DNA from: Acidobacteriota bacterium | GTDB lineage: Bacteria; Acidobacteriota; Terriglobia; 2-12-FULL-54-10 | DNA: 64,000 nucleotides | Reading direction: 5' to 3' | Assembly (NCBI GenBank): GCA_016191085.1 | Contig: JACPPJ010000070.1 | Coordinates: 6,123 to 70,122, forward strand | Shown: positions 1-9,321 of the stretch, one piece after another | Layout: each line of letters opens with the position of its first letter | How positions within the stretch are numbered: position 1 is the stretch's first letter | The notes under the pieces: generated by a model | Told to the model about the DNA's origin: nothing | Databases searched by the model: none | What the model saw: the letters and a program-made list of their open reading frames with translations, nothing else | Made by a program: the position numbers and the translations under genes

Positions 1-150
1 TTTCCAAAGAACTGCCTCGATAATTCCACGGGCAGCGGAGGGCGTCATGACCGGATAAGACACTCTCTCGACCTTAAGCTCCGGTCGAGTAAAACATGCG
101 AGAAGACCGCGAGCGCGCAATCGCATTGTGGGGCTTCTAGGCACTGTCAT
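1..150 (-). CDS. cas5c: Type I-C Cas5 (Cas5c/Cas5d), 5' part; runs off the window
   Basis: Manual translation [50 protein letters not shown] contains the ACFTRPE..ERVSY...TPSAARG signature. AAAGGAG RBS upstream; follows cas3. Confidence 0.93.
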   Translation of the reverse strand, partial: MTVPRSPTMRLRARGLLACFTRPELKVERVSYPVMTPSAARGIIEAVLWK

Positions 151-200
151 TGCTCTCTCCTTTCTAATTTCGTGATCGGCTGTTTCTTGCTAAAGCGTGT

Positions 201-2477
201 TCAAGCCATGAGGGCCGCAGGGTCGGCGTACAGCTCGTCACCAATTGTCAAACCGAATCTCTTGTCATAGTACTTCTCGTAAGGCTTAGAGAGGGTGAAT
301 ATACTTTCTGTTACTTCTTCCAACGCTCCTGCTTTGGTTAGCTTGTCAAAGGCATTGGGGTAAACATTCACGGTGAACCTCTGAAGATTGCGTAGTGTCT
401 CCCGCCTCGGCCCCTCAGTGCGGAGACGCAGCAGGTGTTCGGCTACCCCTTCGTAAGGAACAACGATAGATTTGGTAAAGCCATCCTCTATCAGCCGGAA
501 CTCACGTCCTACGGAGGCGAAGTTGAACTCCTGGCGGAGTGTCTGGATGTGCTTCATGTCGAGGTCCTTCGTAAAATAGAGCATCCTGAAATATTTTTCG
601 AACAATTCAGGATCGGCTGGGTCAAGAGTCCCTCCAGCCTCTTGCAGCATGGCTTCCATAACACCCAAAGCCTGCTTTGGAGTGCCGGGCGGGGGAGATG
701 ACTCAGCCCGGAAAATTACGACCTGACCCTTATCGCGGCGACCTTCCCGGTTGCACCTGCCAGCGGCCTGCACCATGCTGTCCAGCCCACCGAGCGCGCG
801 GTACACAATAGGAAAATCCAAATCCACTCCGGCCTCCACCAATTGCGTTGATACGACACGGCAGGGGCTTCCTTGCGTGCGTGTTCCTTTGATCTCCGCT
901 AACTTTGCCGAGCGATGCGCCGCGCACATTAAGGCCGAGAGATGGAAAACAGGGGTGTCGGGATCGGATTTATAAAGCTGCTGGGCCAGATTGCGAGCGT
1001 CGTCTCGTTTATGCACTATGGCCAGAACTTGCTGATGGTCCAACAGGTTGCTAGTGAGTTGCTCCCACGTCATCGCGGGAGCCTGAAGGTCCGGCCAGAA
1101 ATATTCTACTCGCTTCAGTTTCTGCGCCAATTCCTTGGGATTCGCAACGATCTCTCGAATTCCGTGGAGTCCCTTTTCAAAACCGATTCTCGCGGCAAGG
1201 GCTGGAGGAGTCGCCGTGGATAGGACAACCGTACACCCATAGTGGGTCACCAGTGCGTTGAGCGCATCGACGATACTGAGGAGGAATCCAGGCGGCAAGG
1301 ATTGAACCTCGTCCAGGATAATCACGCTTCGCGCAATGTTGTGGAGTTTGCGGCAGCGTGAAGGATGATTCGAGAACAGGGATTCGAAAAATTGAACTGT
1401 TGTTGTGACAATGATGGGAGCGTCCCAGTTTTCGCAGGCGAGTTCGTTCCTGTCTGTAAATTCCTGGCCGTACTGGCGCTTTGCTTTCTCTGGATCAAGG
1501 TTGGAGTGATGCTCCACGACGTTCTCGGCTCCAAGGGCTCGCCTATAAACGTCGGCGTTCTGCTCGATGATGCTGGTATATGGTATAACCACGATGACTC
1601 GCCGATGTCCCCACCGCTCGGCGTGACCAAGCGCGAACGACATCCCTGACAAGGTCTTCCCCCCGCCCGTTGGAACGGTGAGGCTGGAAATGCCTGGCTC
1701 CAACATGGCGGCTGTTCGGCATGCATTGAGGATGTGTGCGCGCGCTAGGTTCAGTTGGCTGGATTTTCCGAGAGCGGTGAGACCGGCCATCTCTTTGTCA
1801 ATGAATGAGTCTAGTTTTTCCCGAAGCGTGCCTATGAGAGAGAATCGGCTTCGAAGAGCGGACTTCGCCGGATCACAGAATTCCTCTGTATCTAGGCGGT
1901 CGGCGTCCACTAAGGCTGAGAACAAGAAACGGGTCCAGAATTCAGATGTTCGACAAAGCTCAAAACGCTCCTCGGGTAGCAACCCGGAGTGGGCCAAAAG
2001 GAACGCGGGAAGCTGGGGCATTGGACCGTCTGCTATTTCGGCAGGGATCATTGGGGTTATTTTTTCGAGTACCTTAGCGTTTTCTTTTAGTCGCTCCTTT
2101 AGTGGTTTCGGGGCACTCGGCTCGGACGAAATAGGATTGGCGAGTCCAGCGTGGTGAGCCGCAATTACAAAGGCTAGCGGTTCTCCCAAACTCTTGTTTT
2201 TTTGAATTGCGAGAGCGGCCCCCGCGCCAGAGTGTTCGACCGATTCCCGCGCCCCCAGCAGTTTCCGTTGAAATTCAACCTGGTACTTGCCAAGATCGTG
2301 CCAGAGTCCCGCGCAGTAGCCCCACTCGCGAGACTGAAACGCCTCCGCGAATTGACCGGCAAGTTTCGCAACACGAAGGAGATGTTCATTCAACTTGTCC
2401 CAGTTCGCAGGGGGCAAGCCTTCGCGACTGTGCGCATAGAAGACTGGGGTTTCGTTTACTTCAATGCTGTCGGTCAT
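201..2477 (-). CDS. cas3: CRISPR-associated HD nuclease/helicase Cas3 (type I-C)
   Basis: YAHS, HDLGK, HHAGL and LVDAD HD motifs; TGGGKT, DEVQ, STAT and QAAGRCNR SF2 motifs; adjacent to cas5c. Confidence 0.97.
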   Translation of the reverse strand: MTDSIEVNETPVFYAHSREGLPPANWDKLNEHLLRVAKLAGQFAEAFQSREWGYCAGLWHDLGKYQVEFQRKLLGARESVEHSGAGAALAIQKNKSLGEPLAFVIAAHHAGLANPISSEPSAPKPLKERLKENAKVLEKITPMIPAEIADGPMPQLPAFLLAHSGLLPEERFELCRTSEFWTRFLFSALVDADRLDTEEFCDPAKSALRSRFSLIGTLREKLDSFIDKEMAGLTALGKSSQLNLARAHILNACRTAAMLEPGISSLTVPTGGGKTLSGMSFALGHAERWGHRRVIVVIPYTSIIEQNADVYRRALGAENVVEHHSNLDPEKAKRQYGQEFTDRNELACENWDAPIIVTTTVQFFESLFSNHPSRCRKLHNIARSVIILDEVQSLPPGFLLSIVDALNALVTHYGCTVVLSTATPPALAARIGFEKGLHGIREIVANPKELAQKLKRVEYFWPDLQAPAMTWEQLTSNLLDHQQVLAIVHKRDDARNLAQQLYKSDPDTPVFHLSALMCAAHRSAKLAEIKGTRTQGSPCRVVSTQLVEAGVDLDFPIVYRALGGLDSMVQAAGRCNREGRRDKGQVVIFRAESSPPPGTPKQALGVMEAMLQEAGGTLDPADPELFEKYFRMLYFTKDLDMKHIQTLRQEFNFASVGREFRLIEDGFTKSIVVPYEGVAEHLLRLRTEGPRRETLRNLQRFTVNVYPNAFDKLTKAGALEEVTESIFTLSKPYEKYYDKRFGLTIGDELYADPAALMA

Positions 2478-2638
2478 AAGCTAATGACCCACTGCCGAAC
2501 TGAGTCGTTTCCTGAACGGTCTGCCTCTCCCCAATGATCGACTTCTTGGGCGGCTGCTAAGCTATAATCACATCAGACCAAGCGCAGAGAAGTGTACACC
2601 GGATCAGATGCTTCCTGAAACTGCTTAGGTCTGTCGAT

Positions 2639-3193
2639 TTGGGGCAAGAAGTTTGGTTCGATTGCATGGTTTTCTTTTCGGAAAGGAGACCTGGTATGCG
2701 GGGTACAGGAGGGCGCGAATGGCTAGCGTGGGGCGATTCTAGGATAGTTGACGATGGTGCGAGGCGCGAGCTTTCAACCAAGGGAGCATTGCTCGAAACA
2801 TTGGATATCCTGATTGCAGAAGCGGTGAAGTTCTCCGACACGTCCAGGACAACAATGATCGGTGAGTTAATCGGTCTGAAGAATCGGGCACGTTATTGTC
2901 TCGCCGACCTTGGACCAGACGCTCGTGACGCCTTGCGTGTGAGTGCGGAAATTAATTTTCCGAAGGCCTCAGAACCAAAATTCGAGGAGCAATGCTACGA
3001 GCTTGTGGATCAGTTACGGCGCGTTCTGGAATCAGTCCGAAGCAAAATCGAGAATCGCGTCCCATTGGTACCTAACCGAACTAAAGTGGGGATGGCGAAG
3101 AAAACTAGAGCAAGGAATCAATCTCCCTTTGCCTACTCCGATGAGGACCACAGGCTATACGACTTGATCGGTCCGTCGGCGGGACATTTTTGA
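2639..3193 (+). CDS. Hypothetical protein, possibly truncated or chimeric at the 3' end
   Basis: 184-aa ORF divergent from cas3, with TATAAT at 2563-2568. The 3' end overlaps an unrelated gene remnant. Confidence 0.45.
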   Translation: MGQEVWFDCMVFFSERRPGMRGTGGREWLAWGDSRIVDDGARRELSTKGALLETLDILIAEAVKFSDTSRTTMIGELIGLKNRARYCLADLGPDARDALRVSAEINFPKASEPKFEEQCYELVDQLRRVLESVRSKIENRVPLVPNRTKVGMAKKTRARNQSPFAYSDEDHRLYDLIGPSAGHF

Positions 3194-3533
3194 CGAATGG
3201 ACATTTGCGACCGACCCGGCCAACTTACAACCCAAGGTGCGCCCAGCCTTGCGGAAAGCCGCCGAACACCTCAGAAAATATCCTCCAGTAGGAATGACGC
3301 AAGAGGAAATAGATCGCTTAGTGGAAGCCATAGAAGCCCCGTGGGGCAACCGAATCGAGAAGCAAATCCGGGAGGCAATGGAATCACCAGACGGTACAGC
3401 GGCCTCCATAGCGGTTGCCGAGACCGTGAAACGCCTCGGCCTGGAGCCTTTCAAAGCCCCTGATCCTCTGCCTCCCATCGAGCCGCAAGACATCAAGCTG
3501 ATTTGCTGGCTGGCAGTGGATACGGCGAGTTAG
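3168..3533 (+). pseudogene. C-terminal remnant of a large helicase, resembling the PLD-SNF2 helicase of DUF499/DUF1156 restriction-like defence systems
   Basis: Frame reads RDIFDEWTFATDPANLQPKVRP...LGLEPFKAPDPLPPIEPQDIKLICWLAV after an in-frame TGA at 3165-3167, with no convincing start. The family match is from memory. Confidence 0.5.
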
Positions 3534-3733
3534 GGACTTTCCCGACCTGAATTGGCGAGGGGCACCATGCCCTGCTGGAGTCCAGAACTGGACGGTAGCT
3601 TGGGGAGAGGGGCAGAATCGCAGACTCAGCCCGCCGCTTGTGAGAACATTTCCTTCCTCTCGGGGAATGCGTACAATGTGCTTCAAAGGGTCGGCTATCC
3701 TTTCCGTCCAAATGACCCAACAATCTGGTAAGC

Positions 3734-4189
3734 GTGGGGCAACCGATCATGGACCACCGGGACAAGATCATCGCCGACATTGCGGAAAGGGAATGCAGGC
3801 GCGTCTCTCGGAAAGTCATTGTCGCCCTCCAAAAGATGACCGAAGGTATGCAGTCAGGAGATGGCTCCATTCTCAAGAATGTCTGGGATGAGGTGTGCGT
3901 CCAAGTCCAGTTTCAGCAATCGGTAATGTGGGATGCCTACCTTGAGACCATCAGCACGTTTATCGGGGGCGAAGTTGAGGGACTGGATGCTTTACAAAAG
4001 CAAGCCATTTGGCTCCAGACTGACAACGGAATGGAGTGGGAGGCGGAAAACGAGGGCGAGGGAACAGTTACATTCTGCGAGGACGATATCACCGAATACA
4101 TACTCCATAAGTTTGTGCTGTCGGCGGCTGCCGATTGGACCAACAAACGCATTGAGAAATACCTTGCACTCTTTATTGAATTTGATTGA
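3734..4189 (+). CDS. Acidic hypothetical protein
   Basis: Clean 151-aa ORF with protein-like composition. Confidence 0.7.
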   Translation: MGQPIMDHRDKIIADIAERECRRVSRKVIVALQKMTEGMQSGDGSILKNVWDEVCVQVQFQQSVMWDAYLETISTFIGGEVEGLDALQKQAIWLQTDNGMEWEAENEGEGTVTFCEDDITEYILHKFVLSAAADWTNKRIEKYLALFIEFD

Positions 4190-4303
4190 TCGCCCAACTA
4201 TCGGCGGCGGCGGAGTATAGGTCAACGCACTGAAAAGTGACTGCATCCCCAAGCCGCCTGCTGCCGGTCTATTTTTATTCGGGAACCGGCGCGGGAGACG
4301 GGA

Positions 4304-5482
4304 TTGGCCAAGCAAACCCAGAAACAAATCGGGTACAGAATCGAGGATATTCGCTGGCTTTTCTGGCAAGTCCTTCGGCGATCTCCGAAATACCGGAAAT
4401 CAGTGGCCCGTCTTCTTAGGCTTTGGCGTAAGGATTCCAAGCTCAGGCCATGGAAGCCAGGGCTGACAGATAACCAGCGGGAGTGGCGACGGCACAAAGC
4501 ACATGCAGCTCAGGCAATGTTGCGAGCGTATAAGGGGTTGCAATTCGGTGAGATAAAACTATCTGCCGAGCAGTCCGACCTAAAGTTTGAATGGGGCAGC
4601 CTGGATCTAGAAAGCTTCTCGCAGCTAGAGCGTACAGGGGTGGTTCCCAGGCGGAGAGGAGATCGCAAGAAAGGGTCTTACCACGCAGAGGTTTTCCGGG
4701 CAGGCAAGAGAGCAAAGCCGCGTGGTACAGAGAGATTCCAGAGGGGCGTCCATCGGACGATGACTGAATTGGAGTGCATTACGAGCAAGGCTCTTCGTTC
4801 TCGCTATTACACACCAGGAACGGGGAAAACTGCGGTGGAAATACTTTTCTCCAGGCACCGAAAGGACGCGTTACCCGAACTGGAAAACTTCACGCGTCGC
4901 TGGAAGATGCGCTTCCCTGTACCTCCCTCCATAGAAGTGCCGCTAGAGCATGATATGACGAGCCCTTGGGCGTGGCCAGTAGTGATTCGTCATTTGAAAC
5001 TCACCGAAACCTTAGTCCTGGAAATTAGACCGGAAATTGGAAAAGGGATTGTTCTAGCGTTTATCGGTGGCGCAGTCTGGCACAGCATGAAGAAACGTCG
5101 AGACGGCACCATGCTTACGTCTCGCAAGCATGGACAAAAACGAGAGATGCATGTCAGTAAAAAATCCAACCACCAACTCTTGGTAGAAATCTCGCTCCCG
5201 GCTAACAAGGAAGACGTGTTGCGGGAGGTAGATAAGCATTTGGCCATCCACTCGCCCCACTTCCAGCTTGCTGAGAAACCTGATAAAAAGATTTCCCTCG
5301 ACAGAGAGTATTACGCGTTGATGTTCCAGGCTATTGATCTGCGGAAACGCGGGAAACGCGGTCTGAAGTTGGCAGACATAGCCGCAAGGTTCTGGCCGGA
5401 CCGTCAGAAGGATGCCCGCTCGGTTCGTGACCTTGCGGTAGCTTTCTCTGAACTCGCAACCAGATTTGACATCCCCCGGTAA
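4304..5482 (+). CDS. Basic hypothetical protein, possible C-terminal HTH-like segment
   Basis: 392-aa Arg/Lys-rich ORF ending LKLADIAARFWP; GGAG RBS before a TTG start. Confidence 0.65.
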   Translation: MAKQTQKQIGYRIEDIRWLFWQVLRRSPKYRKSVARLLRLWRKDSKLRPWKPGLTDNQREWRRHKAHAAQAMLRAYKGLQFGEIKLSAEQSDLKFEWGSLDLESFSQLERTGVVPRRRGDRKKGSYHAEVFRAGKRAKPRGTERFQRGVHRTMTELECITSKALRSRYYTPGTGKTAVEILFSRHRKDALPELENFTRRWKMRFPVPPSIEVPLEHDMTSPWAWPVVIRHLKLTETLVLEIRPEIGKGIVLAFIGGAVWHSMKKRRDGTMLTSRKHGQKREMHVSKKSNHQLLVEISLPANKEDVLREVDKHLAIHSPHFQLAEKPDKKISLDREYYALMFQAIDLRKRGKRGLKLADIAARFWPDRQKDARSVRDLAVAFSELATRFDIPR

Positions 5483-5547
5483 TTCCTGCCTTTACCTGCC
5501 CCCAAACTTCCGAATGCAATCCGTTGCAAGAGGAATACGCTTGCCTC

Positions 5548-5745
5548 ATGCAGCACACGATATTTTTGACAACTTCCGAAGCCGCTAAAATTCTGCGCCT
5601 CACGCCGGCATCGGTAAGGGCATTGGAACGATCGGGGAAAATGAAGGCGCTCCGAACTCCCTCCGGGGTACGCATCTTCCGACTGGAGGACGTTCAACGT
5701 TTCTTAAAGGATCGTGAAGCGCACCGCGAGGGTAGAGGCAAGTGA
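5548..5745 (+). CDS. Excisionase-like / MerR-type HTH protein
   Basis: FLTTSEAAKILRLTPASVRALERSGKMKALRTPSGVRIF is a typical HTH_17/MerR pattern. Confidence 0.88.
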   Translation: MQHTIFLTTSEAAKILRLTPASVRALERSGKMKALRTPSGVRIFRLEDVQRFLKDREAHREGRGK

Positions 5746-5797
5746 TGGAGTGCGTTGCGATGCTCCAAGGCAACCGATCATACGTCGAGGTGCTTTA

Positions 5798-6895
5798 ATG
5801 CGTAACTACGCGATGATTTCTCCACTGTTTTGGATTGACGAGACCGGTAAAAAGCTCCGCCGTGCGGGAGAGGGAGTTCAACTGGTCGCCCTCTACTTAA
5901 TGACCTGCCCGGCAGCAAATATGTTGGGCCTCTACTACCTCGCACTCCCAACGCTCTGCCACGAGGTCGGGAAGGACAAAGAGGAAGTTTCGAAGGCTTT
6001 GAAAATCCTCTCTGATTTAGGGTTTGCTCACTACGATGCCGAAAGCGAGTATGTGTGGATACCGGAAATGGCCCGGATTCAGATCGGGCAAACGTTGAAG
6101 GTCGGGCAAAGGTTGAAGGCAGGCGACAAGCAGCGAGTCGGTATCGAGAGAGAACTTCAACAGATCAGGAGCAAGAAACTTGTCAACTTATTCCTGGAGC
6201 GGTACGCCGACGATTTCAATCTTGAAATCGAGACGGAGTCTGACCGCCACGGAGGGTTTAACGGAGGAGAAGATACCCCATCCGAAGGGGTAGCAAATCT
6301 CGCAGAACCCCTCTCGAAGCCCCATCGAAGGGGTACGAATAACTCCGCGAAGCCCATTCGAAGCAAAGAACAAGAGCAGGAGAATTACCAGGAACAGGAA
6401 CAAGAACAAGAATTTATTATGAAGGGGGAGTGTGAGGGGGAAACCAATTTCAAAAATGGTGGAAGCAATCCCAGGAAAAAGCCCCCGCAAAAGCGGGGAC
6501 CCCATTCTTCTTTTACAAAGTCCAGAACTGGGCATCCCGTCATAGACATGAACCAGGATGTAATTTCCTGGATGGAGAAAACCGGCAGGGAGTCCGGGAA
6601 GCGGTGGACGTACAGCAAGGACAAGCGGAAGAACCAAGGGCCGACTCCGGGGATGGAAGCCGAGATTCAGGAGAAGGACCGCACCGACGGGCCGTTCTTT
6701 CGCCCCGCGTGGTTGGATTATCTCCAGACGGACAGTGCGCGGACGGAGCGGTATCCGTACCGGAATTTTCTGGAGGGGTTCTGGCAACGCCGGTTGTCGG
6801 AGTTGGCCGAGGCGCAAGGGGCCGTGGAGCACGCGGCGAACATGGCGCGGTGGAAAGCTAAAGCACAGATTGGCGAATTACCAGAGGAGGGCTGA
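5798..6895 (+). CDS. Phage-type replication initiation protein
   Basis: MRNYAMISPLFW...LVALYLMTCP..NMLGLYYL N-terminus and EQEQE linker, both typical of phage Rep proteins; GAGGTG RBS. Confidence 0.72.
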   Translation: MRNYAMISPLFWIDETGKKLRRAGEGVQLVALYLMTCPAANMLGLYYLALPTLCHEVGKDKEEVSKALKILSDLGFAHYDAESEYVWIPEMARIQIGQTLKVGQRLKAGDKQRVGIERELQQIRSKKLVNLFLERYADDFNLEIETESDRHGGFNGGEDTPSEGVANLAEPLSKPHRRGTNNSAKPIRSKEQEQENYQEQEQEQEFIMKGECEGETNFKNGGSNPRKKPPQKRGPHSSFTKSRTGHPVIDMNQDVISWMEKTGRESGKRWTYSKDKRKNQGPTPGMEAEIQEKDRTDGPFFRPAWLDYLQTDSARTERYPYRNFLEGFWQRRLSELAEAQGAVEHAANMARWKAKAQIGELPEEG

Positions 6896-6899
6896 GGGT

Positions 6900-7103
6900 T
6901 TGTCAAGAAAACACCCAACGGTCGAGGAATTAAACCGCAAGCGGGAGAACATCGCTAAGCAGCGCGGAATTGTCCGCATCAGCATCGAGGACATTATGGA
7001 GGCGCGGGCCTATAAGCACGGATTCGATGCGGCCAGGGTTTCTGGTGCGAGCGCGGTGAGTGCATTCCGAATCGCCAAGGGAAGGACCCGACGTGGCGAC
7101 TGA
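6900..7103 (+). CDS. Small hypothetical protein
   Basis: TTG start with GAGGAG upstream, directly after the rep stop. Confidence 0.5.
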   Translation: MSRKHPTVEELNRKRENIAKQRGIVRISIEDIMEARAYKHGFDAARVSGASAVSAFRIAKGRTRRGD

Positions 7104-7124
7104 GATGTAGCGGATGACGGCAAG

Positions 7125-7355
7125 GTGTGGAATATGAATTATCCCCAGGGCGATTTTTCTGCCCGTTATTTTTGCCGGGGCTGCGGCGAGCCACTGGTGG
7201 GCGGGGAACCGCGTGACTTCCATCCCGATTGCCTAAAAGCCGACAAGCGTCGCCGGACGAGGGAAAAGCGCCTCCGCGAGAGAACCAAGTTTCAAAGCTG
7301 GCTGCGGCGGCAGATGTGCCCCCATTGCGGCGGGAAGTTTGGCAAGCCGGGATAG
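7125..7355 (+). CDS. Small Cys-rich (Zn finger-like) protein
   Basis: CRGC, HPDC and CPHC motifs. Confidence 0.6.
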   Translation: MWNMNYPQGDFSARYFCRGCGEPLVGGEPRDFHPDCLKADKRRRTREKRLRERTKFQSWLRRQMCPHCGGKFGKPG

Positions 7356-7497
7356 AAGCTTCCGATGCTGCGAGGAATCTGCCTGTGAAGCTTCACACAG
7401 ACCGTCACTCGTGGAACTGGATGTCGTGCCAGTGAATGTCTTGACGAACCGGCTGCGGCAACGTCTAAAGAACGGCCTTGAGCTTGGACCGAAAAGC

Positions 7498-7932
7498 ATG
7501 AGTATGAACTCAATCCCGAAGTTGAGCGAGTTGCTGGAGCAGCCGGAAAAGGTGTCCACGCTGCCCTTGGAAGCGGTCCCGGCGTTGCGGGGCAAGCTCG
7601 CCGAGTTGGACACGCTGCTACAGATGCGCGTGGCGATGGCCCAGAGCAACGGCTCTATTGTCCCGGTTCCGCTCGCTGGACAGCCTGAGCTAATTGACTC
7701 CCCGGAACTGGCAAGGCGATGGAGCGTGCCGGAGTCCTGGGTACGGGATTGTGTTCGCAATCGGAGCGGAGACCCTATCCCTTGCGTCCGGCTTGGGAGA
7801 TACGTCCGTTTTGAATGGGGCTCGCCGGACCTGGAGGCGTGGTTTGGTCGCCGAAAAAGCGGGGCTAATTCCAAGCCGGAAGGTAGAACAAGAAACCGCT
7901 TGACAAGGCATCCTATTTCGGTTTATCAATAA
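7498..7932 (+). CDS. Excisionase-like HTH protein
   Basis: LIDSPELARRWSVPESWVR...IPCVRLGRYVRF pattern. Confidence 0.8.
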   Translation: MSMNSIPKLSELLEQPEKVSTLPLEAVPALRGKLAELDTLLQMRVAMAQSNGSIVPVPLAGQPELIDSPELARRWSVPESWVRDCVRNRSGDPIPCVRLGRYVRFEWGSPDLEAWFGRRKSGANSKPEGRTRNRLTRHPISVYQ

Positions 7933-7936
7933 TAAC

Positions 7937-8143
7937 ATGGGGCGAAGAAAAGCAGGACGGCCTAAGAAGAATCCCGAACACCGGCATAGCAAGTGGGTCA
8001 TGATCCGCCTGACACCGGGCGAGCATCGTAGCCTGCAAAACTACGCAGAACAGAGGGGTACTACGATGGCTGAATTCGTGCGTCACCTTGCGCTCCGCCG
8101 AATAGGGTACAGGGGCGAGTCTCGAAAGGAGGAAACAAAATGA
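7937..8143 (+). CDS. Ribbon-helix-helix (MobC/CopG-like) regulator coupled to the integrase
   Basis: GRPK...VMIRLTPGEH..L...A...GTTMAEFVR; ATGA overlap with int; TTGACA at 7900-7905. Confidence 0.75.
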   Translation: MGRRKAGRPKKNPEHRHSKWVMIRLTPGEHRSLQNYAEQRGTTMAEFVRHLALRRIGYRGESRKEETK

Positions 8144-9315
8144 AGACTCGCCGGCAAGAAGGTCATATCTTCAAGGACGCTGGATATTGGTACGTTCGGT
8201 TTTACCAGGACGAAATCGGAGAAAGTGGGCAGATTGTGCGGCGTCAACGCGCAAAGAAGCTTGCGAGGGTCTCCGAATATCGTTCCAAAAAATCAGTCGA
8301 GCCGCTGCGAGATGAAATGCTCGAACGGCTCCAAGTCAACTCGCCGCACTACAACCCGGAAAGCACGATGACCATTGCCGGGTTTGTGAAGGAGCACTTC
8401 TTTCCGCATCACGTCTCCCAACTCAAGCCCTCGGTGCGCCCTTCCTATGAATGCAACTGGAAGAAGCACTTGGAGCCTGTGTGCGGGCAGATTCGGTTGC
8501 GGGATTTCCGAACCAGCGACGGCGAGCGTGTCATGAGGGAACTCGTGAGGCGGAACTTGGGCCGAAACACCGTTCGCCACTGCAAGAGCATCCTGAGCGG
8601 AATTTTCTCTGAGGCGATCCGCTTGGGCGTGCTCGACACCGGGAATCCTGTTCGGGAAGTCCGAATCCCGAGCAGCAAGCTCCGGCCGCCGGAAGAGACG
8701 GGTGCCTACTCGCTGGAAGAGATCACGAGGATGCTCCGCAACTTGATCGGGCCAGCCAGAGCCATTATCGCGGTGTTCGCCTACACGGGCTTGCGGAAGG
8801 GCGAAGTCGCGGCGCTCCGGTGGGAGTCTTGGCGGGACGGTGCCTTATGGGTCGAGCAATCGGCTTGGCGGACACAGCTTACCGATCCGAAATCCGTCAA
8901 GAGCAAGTCCCCGGTTCCGGTGATTGCTCCGCTGGCCGCGATTCTCTCAGAGCACCTGAACGGTCGCGCCGAAGGTCTGATGTTCAGATCAAGCAGGGGG
9001 ACTCCGCTGAACCTGGACAACTTTGCCAAGCGGACCATCCGGCCCCTACTCGAAAAACTGGGTATTGGCTGGCACGGCTTCCATGCCTTCCGCCGTGGGC
9101 TTGCGACAAACCTGAACGAGATGGGCGTTGACCCGAAGGTTGTCCAGGCGATAATGCGGCACGCCGATTTCCAGACCACGATGAATCACTACGTCAAAGC
9201 GGTCCCGGAGTCGGCAAGAAAGGCCATGGAAGGGCTCGAACGGCTAATATGCAGCCAGTATGCAGTAGAAAAGGACCTGGACCGTTGCGAAACTCCCGTA
9301 ACTCGCTTAAACTAA
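8140..9315 (+). CDS. int: Tyrosine recombinase / phage integrase
   Basis: TGLRKGE (R), HAFRR (HxxR), MRH and TMNHY catalytic residues; N-terminal arm-binding-like segment. Confidence 0.96.
   Translation: MKTRRQEGHIFKDAGYWYVRFYQDEIGESGQIVRRQRAKKLARVSEYRSKKSVEPLRDEMLERLQVNSPHYNPESTMTIAGFVKEHFFPHHVSQLKPSVRPSYECNWKKHLEPVCGQIRLRDFRTSDGERVMRELVRRNLGRNTVRHCKSILSGIFSEAIRLGVLDTGNPVREVRIPSSKLRPPEETGAYSLEEITRMLRNLIGPARAIIAVFAYTGLRKGEVAALRWESWRDGALWVEQSAWRTQLTDPKSVKSKSPVPVIAPLAAILSEHLNGRAEGLMFRSSRGTPLNLDNFAKRTIRPLLEKLGIGWHGFHAFRRGLATNLNEMGVDPKVVQAIMRHADFQTTMNHYVKAVPESARKAMEGLERLICSQYAVEKDLDRCETPVTRLN
9285..9313 (+). promoter_or_regulatory. Sigma70-like promoter for tRNA-Arg inside the integrase 3' end
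   Basis: TTGCGA (9285-9290), 17-nt spacer, TAAACT (9308-9313); the tRNA starts at 9322. Confidence 0.6.
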
Positions 9316-9321
9316 AACCAC

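Larger units (their letters stand above)
4304..9321 (+). mobile_element. Integrative element abutting the 5' end of tRNA-Arg; left boundary unknown and may include the cas genes
   Basis: Co-oriented HTH-Rep-Zn finger-HTH-RHH-integrase genes ending next to the tRNA; no structural or conjugation genes seen. Confidence 0.75.

Noticed and set aside
2478..2640. Possible CRISPR array or solitary repeat upstream of cas3 (TCCTGAAC, TCCTGAAAC)
   Set aside because: Only short matches; no I-C-like hairpin repeat and no regular spacing. No array was seen anywhere in the window.
1..9315. CRISPR-associated transposon or RNA-guided integrase
   Set aside because: Cas3 nuclease and helicase motifs are intact, there are no tns/tniQ genes, and the integrase is an ordinary tRNA-adjacent tyrosine recombinase. 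Proximity alone is not evidence of coupling.
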